From positions 544,001 through 608,000 of the forward strand of contig JBMNJG010000007.1 in NCBI GenBank assembly GCA_050951545.1: a stretch of DNA of 64,000 nucleotides, read 5' to 3'. The notes below the pieces were generated by a model. The model was not told the origin of the DNA, did not search any database, and was given only the letters and a program-made list of their open reading frames with translations. Of this stretch, positions 50,101 through 59,454 are shown piece by piece. The DNA comes from Limnochordia bacterium. Its GTDB lineage: Bacteria > Bacillota > Limnochordia > DTU080. The position numbers were made by a program, and so were the translations under genes. Each line of letters starts with the position of its first letter. Position 1 is the stretch's first letter.

Positions 50101-50164
50101 CCGTCGCTGGGCAAGGGAAGCAAGCGACAAGCGAGAGAAGCAGGAGTAATGCGCTTAGTGACAT
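47135..50164 (-). CDS. Secreted DUF4838 protein with GH20/GH67-like N-domain and CBM9-like domain
   Basis: YAAEELQ...VSGA.LP, GVRWFWPG, HPEY.AL..G.R, LCWSNP, FCECDEC, LWDEEALYL...DAIELF. Confidence 0.85.
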   Translation of the reverse strand: MSLSALLLLLSLVACFPCPATAAVQTSENEAFLWLVKQGEPQAQIVVERAASPTERYAAEELQRAVERVSGATLPITERISPDMPFRVIIGTPQSSAAVAAADLFDTSHPEEICIAQQGSTLYLAGPTPRAALYATYTLLQEVIGVRWFWPGQSGEYSPRQESIAIPASDIRHVPSIEVRSIAINSPFYDEDTLIWMARNRMNVHYMKWHDLETKAWQVDAMKLRGFQVTLSGHNAVLSQSILDQHPEYMALYGGKRQKPAGHPPHLCWSNPAVQEAMAQTIAGWWESNPHIDTVSFYGADHNYFCECDECQAFAPDVSTRWQRFSKIVIDRVNELHPGGTHSTLGYQAYRNVPTEAAPFDLVGYATYNINYTKPMTDPSNAAAREEILSWQALGVPMGIRGYHFCIFNEKLFVPQTSVIVDEIAWAHQNGLKGWTSETAPYRSPASHPPQDDNWVTNRMALYAAAQAMWDARTRPEDVMCDWATYVFGPADEPMRLYYEAMDRAWRSTTQPISYVHNPASGFSGSFLSRELLQTADACLQEARRALVTVTDEITHKRIQEQINLEAAMLSKWHQTYLTQQGRTAHYEAHIPRAAARPRLNATIDDPAWKNAARLPAFEDSQGAEALDRTHVLALWDEEALYLRFISYAQTEQLKMDSLLDDAIELFLEDPSEPAAYFHLAINANGARYEARADATLTIDEAWSAEWLAQTRIGKTSWIADVALPLASFGIKPTPSATGIWRFPPYSAMIKPTTWRMSFKRSGTGRPNTGWPDAAFHNPATFADVRLVETVPQQKRLLLYDASGKGDPQRANTLYAELVKAGFSTTHILQGEAELSSALAKGADVIVLRHLSNARLSDEFVANKLRPFVEEGGLLLIAATGALPLDKWFGEEAGVQWSGWDYHPNRVTAWYEHGDWLRKPHALEAVIQKKTTPGTGYKPLSDAWTVMARMRMADDRLFPYLMQIRIGQGTLVLTSSNFGYAGGHEMFGHLNPSNAAMLVDNLLTAHREQ

Positions 50165-50249
50165 GTAGTTCCCTCCTGAAAGCCTGTGAAAAGGGGATGC
50201 TGCTCGCTTGACCTGCAACATCCCCTGATTGGAGCTGCTTCGGTCTGAC

Positions 50250-51518
50250 TTACTTGCCTATCTCGGCTTTCCAGTCAGCGAGTAGGCGAGTCCATTGAGC
50301 ATGGGCCTGTTCGAGGGCTGCCAAGGGGGCCATTTCTACCTTGTAGACTCTTTCGATCAGCTGGCCCAGCTCGGTTTGGCTGGTGTTGCGTGGCGGCGGA
50401 AGGACAGAGGCTTGCATGAAGGGGAAGATGTCATACCATAGCTGGATGCGCGGCTGGGTGCTCATCATGCGCTGTAGCATGTCCGTGCGTCCGCAGAAGA
50501 ATCCGCCAACGCGCTGCGTCCCCAAGATCACCTCATCGCTCATCAGCAAGGCGATGAACTCCCAGGCGAGGTCCTTGTTTCGGCTAGCACTGGGGATGGC
50601 CAGACCGTCGGTAAACAGATGCGCTACTGGGGTGCTCGTCGGGGTCTGGCGTGGGGCGAAGAGGGCGAAATCATTGAGTAGGAAGTCTGGGTCAACTGCC
50701 AGCATAGAGACGATCTGCTGCGGATTGCTGTACTGCATGGCGATGCGACCGCGCTCGAAACCTCCAGCGAGAATGGGCCTGCTGTTGGCGCCCGCCTCAT
50801 AAAGCTCCTGCAATGTTTCCAGGGCCATGAGGGTCTTAGGATCCAGGAGATTCGAGGTGAAAGTCTTCGTGTCGATCTCGGTTAAGCCAGCTTGGCGCAT
50901 GAACCAGAAGAGCTGTTGGGCCGCACCGCCTCCGGTAGTGTTAACGAAGCCGCGCACGGCCACGTTGTCGCCCTCAAGCCGGGTCAGGCGCCGCGCGGAT
51001 TGGATGAGTGCAGACCAGTCTTGGGGTGGATTGTGCGGATCCAATCCTGATTGGGCGAAGAGCTCCTTGTTATATCCTATGGCTCGAGGGGCTACGTTTT
51101 GCGGGACTACTACTACTTGGCCTTGCCACGTGACGGCATTCCAGAGTGTCTTAGGGAAGCGAGGAGTATACTTCCATTGCGCCAGGTAGTGGTCTAAGGG
51201 CTCTAGCAGACCTAAGGATCCTTCTTCGTATGGGGAGTAGAAACCCGTGCATATGACATCGGGAGGAGTGCCCCCGGCGGTCAGCACCATGAAGCGTTCC
51301 ATGCGAGTGTTCCAGTTGGCATTGAGCAGGACGACGTCCGCACCGTGTTCCTGGCGGAAGACCGGGATGACCTCATCCTGAACGTACTTCCTAAGCGCGG
51401 CGGTGTATCCGACGGCGAGAAAGGTGATCTCCTTGGCTGACACAAGGGTGCTAGTGGCAAGGATCGCTATCAAAGCGAAGACCAGGCTGGCCATCAGGCG
51501 ACGACTTCTTATGTGCAT
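50250..51518 (-). CDS. Sugar ABC transporter solute-binding protein
   Basis: GGTPPDV, LEPLD.YL, YNKELF..SGLD...PP.DW, LAWEFI. No lipobox. Confidence 0.92.
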   Translation of the reverse strand: MHIRSRRLMASLVFALIAILATSTLVSAKEITFLAVGYTAALRKYVQDEVIPVFRQEHGADVVLLNANWNTRMERFMVLTAGGTPPDVICTGFYSPYEEGSLGLLEPLDHYLAQWKYTPRFPKTLWNAVTWQGQVVVVPQNVAPRAIGYNKELFAQSGLDPHNPPQDWSALIQSARRLTRLEGDNVAVRGFVNTTGGGAAQQLFWFMRQAGLTEIDTKTFTSNLLDPKTLMALETLQELYEAGANSRPILAGGFERGRIAMQYSNPQQIVSMLAVDPDFLLNDFALFAPRQTPTSTPVAHLFTDGLAIPSASRNKDLAWEFIALLMSDEVILGTQRVGGFFCGRTDMLQRMMSTQPRIQLWYDIFPFMQASVLPPPRNTSQTELGQLIERVYKVEMAPLAALEQAHAQWTRLLADWKAEIGK

Positions 51519-51906
51519 TGTCTGAAACCCTCCGTTTTGCTTGTATTTCATCTGAGTGAGCGCATGGCCATGTGAGTAGCCAGTAACACCTCGCTACGGG
51601 ATTTCCAGGCTTCCCCTTCATCTCCTGCCCTGCTATTGGCGGTTGTTGATGTGACAGTGAGATGCTAAGGAGGGGGAAATCATCTGCATTGGGTATGCTT
51701 GGCTGGTTTTCTCGGCTCTGTTCGATTGGTGTGATGAGCCAGAGGAAGCGAGTGCTAACTCCCGGTGTCCTTATCGGGACTATCATTCTGCCAACGCAGC
51801 ATCTTTGGCGTTCCGGTGTTTTTGCCGGCACTATGAAGGACTTCGCAGTTTGTCTGGGAAACAAGGTGCTACGCTACCTGAAACTGACTACATGGAGGGG
51901 ATCAGA

Positions 51907-53187
51907 GTGCGGAGAGTCCATCTGGCTGCGTTCATTGCGATGCTCACGATGCTGTCGGTTACGTTCTCGACGCAGGCCAAGACGAATATCGGCTTCGTCA
52001 GCCAGTTTACAGACCAACAGGATGACCGGGGTGAGGTGTGGCGAGGACTCATACAGGAGTTTAACAAGAGCCAGAATGCGATTGAAGTTGAGATCCTTTC
52101 TTGGGGATCATCCAGCCCCGGGCCGCAAAGTGAGAAGATGCTCGCCTGGGTGGCCGGAGGCCAAGCCCCGGATGTCTTCGAGTTTCACGGAACGAATCAT
52201 GGACCTTGGGCTGTCCAAGGCATCATCGCGGACTTGACGCCTTTCTTGGACCGAGACTCTGATGTCAACCTGGCGGATTTCTACCCAGCGGTCATCAATG
52301 ACTACACTCGAAGCGGCAAGGGGCGCCTGCGTGCTCTTCCGCTTCAGATCCAGGTCTATGCGATCGAGTACAACCAGGCCCCCTTCGATGCCGCGGGGGT
52401 CGACGTACCTCCGAAGAAATGGGACGATCCCGCCTGGAATTGGGATACCTTTGTTGAGGTTGGCAAGAAACTGACGATCAGTCGTAGCGGGCAGGGGGAG
52501 CCCGATCAGCATGCCTTCCAGGGGCGTACTGATGTGACGGGGGGCTTGCTTACGTATGTGTGGCAGTCGGGTGGTGACGTTGTCGATACCCAAGGTAACT
52601 TCGCTCTGCACTCGCCCGAATCGATGAGGGCTTTGCAGTACGTCATCGATCTCAAGAACCGGCATGGTATCGCGCGGTCAGGCGGCTTTCCGCGGCAGTC
52701 CGCGATGCGCATCAGTACCCCCTCTGGATATCCCGTGCTGCAGGCTGCCTACCCTGATATCACTTGGGATCTGGCACCCCTACCTAGGGGACCCGTGCGT
52801 TCAGCAGGAATCCTGGGCTCAACACCGTTGGCGATGTTCTCTCAGACTAAGCATCCGCAGGCGGCCTGGGAGTTCTTTAAGTACCTTATGAGTCCTGAGT
52901 TCCTCAAGCAGATTGCTGTCAGGGGTGATCACGTGCCTGTACGCCGGAGCATTCTCCAATCACGGGCCTTCCGCGAAATCGCTGCTCCTGCCAGCTATTA
53001 CGTTGCTGCTGATGCAGTGGCCTATGCCTATCCAAGCGCTGATCGAGGTCCGAACTGGGGCCGGATAGCACCTATCATTCAGAGCGCATTCAACCAGGCA
53101 TGGAATGGTGATCTACCAGTTCAGACGGCCATCGAGGGCGTACGTAGCGCCGTGGAGGCTCTGCTTCGAGAGGGTTGGCAACAGTAG
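51907..53187 (+). CDS. Sugar ABC transporter solute-binding protein
   Basis: GGQAPDV, DLTPFL, WNWD, WDLAPLP.GP, AAWEFFKYL. Confidence 0.92.
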   Translation: MRRVHLAAFIAMLTMLSVTFSTQAKTNIGFVSQFTDQQDDRGEVWRGLIQEFNKSQNAIEVEILSWGSSSPGPQSEKMLAWVAGGQAPDVFEFHGTNHGPWAVQGIIADLTPFLDRDSDVNLADFYPAVINDYTRSGKGRLRALPLQIQVYAIEYNQAPFDAAGVDVPPKKWDDPAWNWDTFVEVGKKLTISRSGQGEPDQHAFQGRTDVTGGLLTYVWQSGGDVVDTQGNFALHSPESMRALQYVIDLKNRHGIARSGGFPRQSAMRISTPSGYPVLQAAYPDITWDLAPLPRGPVRSAGILGSTPLAMFSQTKHPQAAWEFFKYLMSPEFLKQIAVRGDHVPVRRSILQSRAFREIAAPASYYVAADAVAYAYPSADRGPNWGRIAPIIQSAFNQAWNGDLPVQTAIEGVRSAVEALLREGWQQ

Positions 53188-53279
53188 CGGCCTTTCTCAG
53201 GAACACGGGTGGCGGAGTCATCTGGCTCCGCCGCACCTGAAGCGGCAAAAGCCTGGTGCGGGCAAAGGGGAGAGAGTAG

Positions 53280-54467
53280 ATGGGCGTGCAGTACTCCGTT
53301 GATATTCAGCAGTATGGAGCTGTCGCTGATGCAAAGACAGTCAATACCGGCGCTATTCAGAAGGCTATTGATGCGTGTCATGCGGCAGGTGGAGGCAGGG
53401 TGTTGTGCGGGCCCGGGACCTTCATCACGGGTTCCTTGGTTTTGAGGAGCCATGTGGAGCTGCACTTGATGGCAGGCTGTCGGCTTGTGGGAAGTAGCTC
53501 TGTGGACGACTACGATGATCTGGTTGCCGCTGGTTTCAGGTCGGAAAGGGCACCGGAACGCACCTCGAAGAGTCTCGTCCGAGCGGTGAACGCCGAGCAT
53601 GTCGCCATCACTGGCCTGGGTGAGATCAATGGCTCTGGGCTGGCCTTTTTCAACACCGAAGACATGGGCGGGCGGTTCTTTCGCAAGCCGAGCATAGCCC
53701 GGCCACGAACGGTGATGTTCTACCAGTGTCGTGATGTGCGCCTCGCAGGTATATCGCTGATTGACTCGCCGTGCTGGACCGTGTGGTTGATGAAATGTGA
53801 GAGAGTAAGTATCCACGGGATGCGTGTTTTCGGCGATCAGAGAATGATCAACAATGACGGCATCAACCTTGATGCGTGCCGTGACGTAGTGGTGAGCGAC
53901 TGCATTATACGCACTGCGGATGACTGTATTGCGCTGCGGGCGATCAGCGGGGTCTACGACACGCCAGCGGTGTGTGAGAACGTGACCATCAGCAACTGTA
54001 CTCTTGATAGCTGGTGCTCCGGTATTCGAGTGGGCTGTCCCGGTGATGGTGTGATTCGTGCATGCACATTCAGCAACATCGTGATCAAGAGCGCCAGTAA
54101 CGGGATCGTGATCGATAACCTCAAGCGTTACCTGCCTGCAGACAGTGAGGGAAGTGCCGATATCCATGATCTAGTGTTCTCTCAGGTCATCATCGATTGT
54201 GACGCCATTCCTCTAAGGGTGAGCGCTGAGGAGGGGGTCAGATTGCCTCGGTTAGGTGATCTGAGTTTCTCGGATTTTCGTATCAGGAGCGGCGGCCCGT
54301 GTCTTGTCGAAGGGAATCCGCAGACCATCATCCGCAACGTAAGCTTTGATCATATGCATATCTGCACGTCCGGCAAAGATGCATTCGTCTGCCGCTACTG
54401 TGAAGGTGTTCGATTCTCGGAGGTCTGCATGTCCAACCGGAGTTCTATGCAGACTGCAGTTACATAG
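53280..54467 (+). CDS. Glycoside hydrolase family 28 (beta-helix) protein
   Basis: YGAVAD...NT.AIQ.AID.C...GGG.V, NNDGI, ADDCIA. Confidence 0.88.
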   Translation: MGVQYSVDIQQYGAVADAKTVNTGAIQKAIDACHAAGGGRVLCGPGTFITGSLVLRSHVELHLMAGCRLVGSSSVDDYDDLVAAGFRSERAPERTSKSLVRAVNAEHVAITGLGEINGSGLAFFNTEDMGGRFFRKPSIARPRTVMFYQCRDVRLAGISLIDSPCWTVWLMKCERVSIHGMRVFGDQRMINNDGINLDACRDVVVSDCIIRTADDCIALRAISGVYDTPAVCENVTISNCTLDSWCSGIRVGCPGDGVIRACTFSNIVIKSASNGIVIDNLKRYLPADSEGSADIHDLVFSQVIIDCDAIPLRVSAEEGVRLPRLGDLSFSDFRIRSGGPCLVEGNPQTIIRNVSFDHMHICTSGKDAFVCRYCEGVRFSEVCMSNRSSMQTAVT

Positions 54468-54502
54468 AATGGTAAGTCTTCGCAACAGGGAGGGGGTATA
54501 CG

Positions 54503-55604
54503 GTGAGCCGGCTGAGTTACCGTTGCTGTCTGCGCACGCTCACGGTGCTTTGCGTTCTGGTCTCCTTTGGATCCTCTGTGATGTCTACAAAGGTTAAGAT
54601 CTGTACAGAATGACCTCCTGATGGACGTTTCGCAGCTGCACAAGGGGGCTCCTGTTGCCATCGACCGCTGGTTTCCTATATGGCGCCAGATGGCGATGAT
54701 TGGGGGGCATCTCTACGGCGTTCCGTGCGATACGGCGCTATACACGGTTGGCCTGAATCTGGATATGATCAGTGAGGCAGGCCTGGTAGTGTCAGACAAC
54801 ACCTGGACGTGGGATGAGTACATGGGCATGGCAGCCAAGCTCACGAGGCGTGATGCGGAGGGGAATATCACGCATCTCGGGGGCAGCCTACCGATGTTCC
54901 ACTCGTGGCTAGCCCCCGGCTATCTTCGATCCTTCGGAGGCAGCTTTGTGACGCTGGACGGGGATATTGGCATTGATAGACCAGAGAGCCTCAAAGCCTA
55001 TGAATTCCTAAGGGATCTGTATCAGACTGTGGCTGGTTCTCCCGCCTTGGTGGCCGCGTCCGGTCTGCATATGAGCGGTGGCCAGTTCGACCAAGGTCGT
55101 GTGGCGATGACTACGAGTGTGGGCTGTTGGGAGATTGGCCCGCTAATGAGTCAGGTCGGATTCGCGTGGCGGGTAGCGAAGGTCCCAAGAGGGCCTGCTG
55201 GCCGCTATATCAATGCCACGAACACGTTCAACGCGATACCCAAAGGGGCGCAACACCCCAAGGAGGCCTGGGAGCTAATTCGATTTCTGAACAGCGACTG
55301 GGCCCTCAAGTACTACGCGCAGGCAGGACGGAACTGGCCACCTTCACCTCACATGATGTCCGCGGCGTTTGCCCTTACAGGAGCCGATGCGTCCGTTCTT
55401 CAGGATGTTATCGTTGGGCAGCTGCTGGACTCAGCATACATAGAGCAGCCTGTAGGTTGGTATAACGAGGCCAGGAAGCTTGTAGACTCAATCATCAACC
55501 CCGAAGCATTTGGCGACGGAGCGCGGTTCAGGGGGCCTATCAGCGTGGCGGCCAAAGAGGCAGCTCGGCGTGTTCGCGCCGAGATCCTGCCCCGATATCG
55601 TTGA
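54503..55604 (+). pseudogene. Solute-binding protein gene with internal deletion and frameshift
   Basis: RBS, GTG and signal peptide at 54503 stop after 36 codons. The SBP body resumes in another frame (LYGVP, WTWDE, EAWELIRFL). Confidence 0.8.
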
Positions 55605-55625
55605 CATGCGAACTGGTGTGAGACC

Positions 55626-56903
55626 CTAGTCGGAGTTCGCCTCAGCCGCATTAGGCGCTAAAACTGAACCCATAAAGAGCATCGCCCCAGTCATCTCATC
55701 TCGGATGACCAGGAAGAACGGGCGATCGGCGATGAAGTTGAACTGGTACATTGGGGCACTGGTAAGCCGCATGCCTACGGAGGTTGCCGCGGCTGCTTCG
55801 GTGCCCTTTTCATTCACCAAAAGGAAGCTCTGATGGATCACTTCACTGATGGACAGATTGGCGCCAGGCGAGACGGGTCTCATACCGCTGAAGTCTGCTC
55901 GGTTGGCATCGAAAGCGATGGCCATGCCGAGTTCTTGGAGAGTCCTATTGAGCTGGACTTTGAAGTCGAGTCGGAAGCGAGGTATTGCGAGGCGGCCTCT
56001 TTTCTGTGAGAAACCCGCCAACCATTGCTCCCAGTTGTCGTAGGTGAGCTGTTCGTGAAAGGTTTTCAGGTCAGAGCCCAGGTCCGGAAGGAAGAGATAC
56101 ATGGCCATGAGGCCCTCTTTGCCATAGGGAAGCCGCACGGCTTGGAATCCCTGGCCTTGGTAATGCTGAAAAGAGCCTTCCATGTGCATCATTGGCATAT
56201 CTTGCTGACCGCCTCCAGCCAGGTGGAAGGGCATCGTACGGGTGAGCCGGGGGTCGAAAGGCTGTGTCCAGTCGCCTTTAAAGTAGGTGGCGTTGATCAG
56301 AAACAGCACGGATCGCGGGCTAATCTGCTCCAGGAGGCGGGGGATGCGGCCTTCTGTGTGCTCACTTACCCACTGGTTGATGACGTCAACACTGCCAGGT
56401 GCGGCAAAGTCCAGAGAACGGACAGTGGCCTGGTAGAAGCGCTGGTTGCGCCGTAGGAAGTCTCTGCTAAAGGCGACACCTTCGTGCTGCCATAGGCCAT
56501 TGGCCATGCGCAGTGCGATGCCCTCTGTGTTGGCTGAGGTATGGGCGACTTGCTGCAGCAGAGCAGCGTAGGAGCTGTTGATTGTGTCCAAGGAAAGGGA
56601 GTCGTAACCAAGGGCGTGGGACATGGCGGTTTGGGTCTCGCCCCGAGCGCCGTTATAGGTCATGGCCAACGCAAGAGCGATACTGGAGGGTGAGATGAAG
56701 ATGCCCTGTTCGTTTGCTGTGCCTCCAGAGGCTAGTCTGTGGTAGAGGCTGAGGCCGAATCGGTTCTGAGCAGCGATCACGGCGGGATCGACTGTGTCTG
56801 TGGCCTGTGGATCAGTCAAGGGCGTGCAGCCAGTCATCGCCAACATCCCTATCAGTGCCAAAGGGACGATCAGGTGGAGTGGCCATCGCGCTCTACAGCT
56901 CAT
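55626..56903 (-). CDS. Serpin family lipoprotein
   Basis: Lipobox-like MTGC; FISPSSI, INQWV...TEG.I, NATYFKGDW, EKGTEAAAAT hinge, F.ADRPF. Confidence 0.96.
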   Translation of the reverse strand: MSCRARWPLHLIVPLALIGMLAMTGCTPLTDPQATDTVDPAVIAAQNRFGLSLYHRLASGGTANEQGIFISPSSIALALAMTYNGARGETQTAMSHALGYDSLSLDTINSSYAALLQQVAHTSANTEGIALRMANGLWQHEGVAFSRDFLRRNQRFYQATVRSLDFAAPGSVDVINQWVSEHTEGRIPRLLEQISPRSVLFLINATYFKGDWTQPFDPRLTRTMPFHLAGGGQQDMPMMHMEGSFQHYQGQGFQAVRLPYGKEGLMAMYLFLPDLGSDLKTFHEQLTYDNWEQWLAGFSQKRGRLAIPRFRLDFKVQLNRTLQELGMAIAFDANRADFSGMRPVSPGANLSISEVIHQSFLLVNEKGTEAAAATSVGMRLTSAPMYQFNFIADRPFFLVIRDEMTGAMLFMGSVLAPNAAEANSD

Positions 56904-57130
56904 GGGATTACCCGCTTTCTGTGTGAGATTCGCATCAGTCTCAGGGCGACCGAGGGCGTGTTTTGACCCCAGTATGGTTGTTTGGGTCGATGCGTCCCCG
57001 CGACGTTACCCAACTCGCAATGCCGAAAGCAAGAAGAGGACGACTTTAGTGCATGTAGAAGAAGACACGCGCGAGTCTTCTTCGTGCAGAAGCCAGTTTT
57101 TTATCCTATTCACATTAGGGGGTATGTTGG

Positions 57131-58387
57131 GTGTGGCGTAGGTGGAGTCTGTCGGCAGTGTGTCTCTTGCTCGCATTATCAGTCGCGGTGGTAGCATCAG
57201 CTAAGACTCCTATTCGCATGGTGACGTATGGTGAGGCTGATACCCTGGCCATATTCAGGCAGATTGCCGAGGTGTTCAACCAGTCTAACCCTGACTACGA
57301 TCTACAGGTGGAAGTGTATCCCTATGGCGAGTACCCCACGAAGATCACTATCATGCTGGCCAGTGGTGTGTACCCGGATCTTTTCTTGACCTGGGCTCAG
57401 TACAAGCCCAGCTGGGCGGAGCAGGGTCTTCTGCTCGATATTGAGCCGCTGTGGCAGAAGAGCCAGATCGCTCAAAGGGCCCGATTGTACCCGTTCGCTA
57501 TGGAGGCAGCCAAGTATAAAGGCCGCCTCTACGGTGTTCCCTATGACTTTAGTTCTATAGTGTGGGCCATGAATCTAGATGCGCTTGCTGAGGCTGGCTT
57601 GCCCGAACCGCCTTATAGCTGGGACGTTGATATGCTCAAGCAGTATGCGCTGAAGCTGAACAAGCCGTCAGAGGGCAGATACGGCGTGAAGCTTGGTGCG
57701 GCTGGTGGTATCACGAACTGGCAGTGGTGTGCTAACTATACTGGCCAGGGCTGGGTCTCTGATGACCTTCAGCAAGTGAATGTGGAGAACCCGAAAAACA
57801 TCGAGATGCTAGAGTTCTGGCAGGATATCGCGTGGGCTTACGATGCAGCGTATGTTTCTGGCAAGCCGACTGTTAAGAACGAGTTTCAGGGCGGCTATGC
57901 CATATGGTGGAGCTGGGCGCACTGGGGCGCCAGGCACGAGGTATCGCCGTTTGAGTGGACCTTTACCACCTACCCCAGAGGGCCAGCTGGGCAAGACAGC
58001 TTCGCCCACGGCCATCTGTGGACGATTCCGGCGATGGTGCCCCGACCAGAGTTGGGGTGGAAAGTCCTGGAATGGATGCTCTCGCTAGAAGGCCAGAGGG
58101 CGGTGGTGGAGATCAACTTCCGTCAGCCCCTATCTCCTAACAACGACCTATGGAATCGCTACTACAGCAACTTGTCGTCGCAGAACCGCGAACGCGTGCA
58201 AAAGGCCGTGATGGAGAATATCTATGGGAAAAACCTCATTCGCACGATGAACTACTGGCCGACGTGGCCGGACGTGGAGAGGGCGATGAACGCCCACTTG
58301 GCCAATGTCTTCAACCGACGCCAATCTCCCACGAATGAGATGGCCGCGGCAGCGAAGGAGATTAGGGCCATTCTCAACCTGAAGTAA
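57131..58387 (+). CDS. Sugar ABC transporter solute-binding protein
   Basis: Signal peptide ASA-K; SG..PDL, GRLYGVP, YP.GP, GWKVLEWM. Confidence 0.92.
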   Translation: MWRRWSLSAVCLLLALSVAVVASAKTPIRMVTYGEADTLAIFRQIAEVFNQSNPDYDLQVEVYPYGEYPTKITIMLASGVYPDLFLTWAQYKPSWAEQGLLLDIEPLWQKSQIAQRARLYPFAMEAAKYKGRLYGVPYDFSSIVWAMNLDALAEAGLPEPPYSWDVDMLKQYALKLNKPSEGRYGVKLGAAGGITNWQWCANYTGQGWVSDDLQQVNVENPKNIEMLEFWQDIAWAYDAAYVSGKPTVKNEFQGGYAIWWSWAHWGARHEVSPFEWTFTTYPRGPAGQDSFAHGHLWTIPAMVPRPELGWKVLEWMLSLEGQRAVVEINFRQPLSPNNDLWNRYYSNLSSQNRERVQKAVMENIYGKNLIRTMNYWPTWPDVERAMNAHLANVFNRRQSPTNEMAAAAKEIRAILNLK

Positions 58388-58483
58388 GCAGAATCACATA
58401 GGGCTTGGTCAACAGGGGGCTGTGGATTGCGGCAGCCTCCCACTGCCTTTGTAGCGAGGCTCCAGATGACGAGGAGGGGTACC

Positions 58484-59221
58484 ATGTATCGGTTGTATGA
58501 GTCTACCATAGCTCTCTTGCTCATCCTCATGGGTTGTGCAGGCCTGGTGACGGCAGAAGCGCCCCAGGTGTTTGGTGTGGTAATAGGCGATAGTATTGCA
58601 GAAGGTCACCCCGCATTGCATGGGGCGCTTCATCCTGGCCGGGCGGCATATGATCCCACCTATGCCAGTCAACCTGGTCAGCTATCGTACGAATTAGGTG
58701 TCTTGAGTGGGTACCACTGGTACAACAACGGCATCGGCAGCCAGTCGACGGAGCATATTCGGGCCCGCTGGAACCGAGACGCTTTGGGTAGGCAAGATGA
58801 TCCGCAGGATGGGCGGGGCAATCGCACGCTGCCCGGCACCCCCTATGCGGTGGTAGTGGCTGCAGGGGTCAACGATATTTCTTTGAAGGTTCCCGCAGAG
58901 GCCACCCGCGCTAATCTGAGGTTTATGGCCGATTCGCTGAATAGTGCTGGTGCATATGTGGTTTTCCTGACTCTGCCCCCATCGAACAGAGCCACATCAG
59001 AGCAGATACAGATGGTTCAGGACATGAACACGTGGATGCTTCAGAACCTGCCCTCGGAGAGGGTCGGTGTCGTGGACTTGTACGCCTGGTTTGAAGATCC
59101 GCAGAATCCTGGTAAAGTGAACTCGGCCCTAGCCGCTGACTATATCCATCCGTCTAAGGACGGGTATAAGGAGTTGGCCAGCCTTGCTTGGGCGGTCTTG
59201 AGCAAGATCAGCTCAAGATAG
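58484..59221 (+). CDS. Secreted SGNH/GDSL hydrolase
   Basis: GDSIA, GIGSQ, GVND and DYIHP blocks. Confidence 0.92.
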   Translation: MYRLYESTIALLLILMGCAGLVTAEAPQVFGVVIGDSIAEGHPALHGALHPGRAAYDPTYASQPGQLSYELGVLSGYHWYNNGIGSQSTEHIRARWNRDALGRQDDPQDGRGNRTLPGTPYAVVVAAGVNDISLKVPAEATRANLRFMADSLNSAGAYVVFLTLPPSNRATSEQIQMVQDMNTWMLQNLPSERVGVVDLYAWFEDPQNPGKVNSALAADYIHPSKDGYKELASLAWAVLSKISSR

Positions 59222-59278
59222 GGCTCTAGAAGCAACGTGGTGGGCAGTGCGAGGCCCAGTAGGGGGTTTTGGTGAGGT

Positions 59279-59315
59279 GGAGGCTGTGCATTGTGTGCAG
59301 CCTTCTCTGTGTTTT
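59279..59315 (+). terminator. Putative intrinsic terminator
   Basis: GGAGGCTGTGCA-TTG-TGTGCAGCCTTC followed by a T-rich tail. Confidence 0.5.
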
Positions 59316-59454
59316 GGCGGCTGATGCTCGCTGGTATTGCAGTCGGTGATCTTCTCCAGTCTGTTCCATCGGTGTGATGCGCGGTCAGACTGCCACGAGG
59401 AAACACTAACGTTGCCATGGTATGCGTGTGTCATGTAGCAGGGCACATCCCAGC

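Noticed and set aside
53121-54167. 348-aa antisense ORF
   Set aside because: Shadow of the GH28-like gene.
57058-57083. GAAGAAGAC/GTCTTCTTC inverted repeat as a riboswitch
   Set aside because: Single short palindrome with no recognisable aptamer consensus; may be an operator but unsupported.
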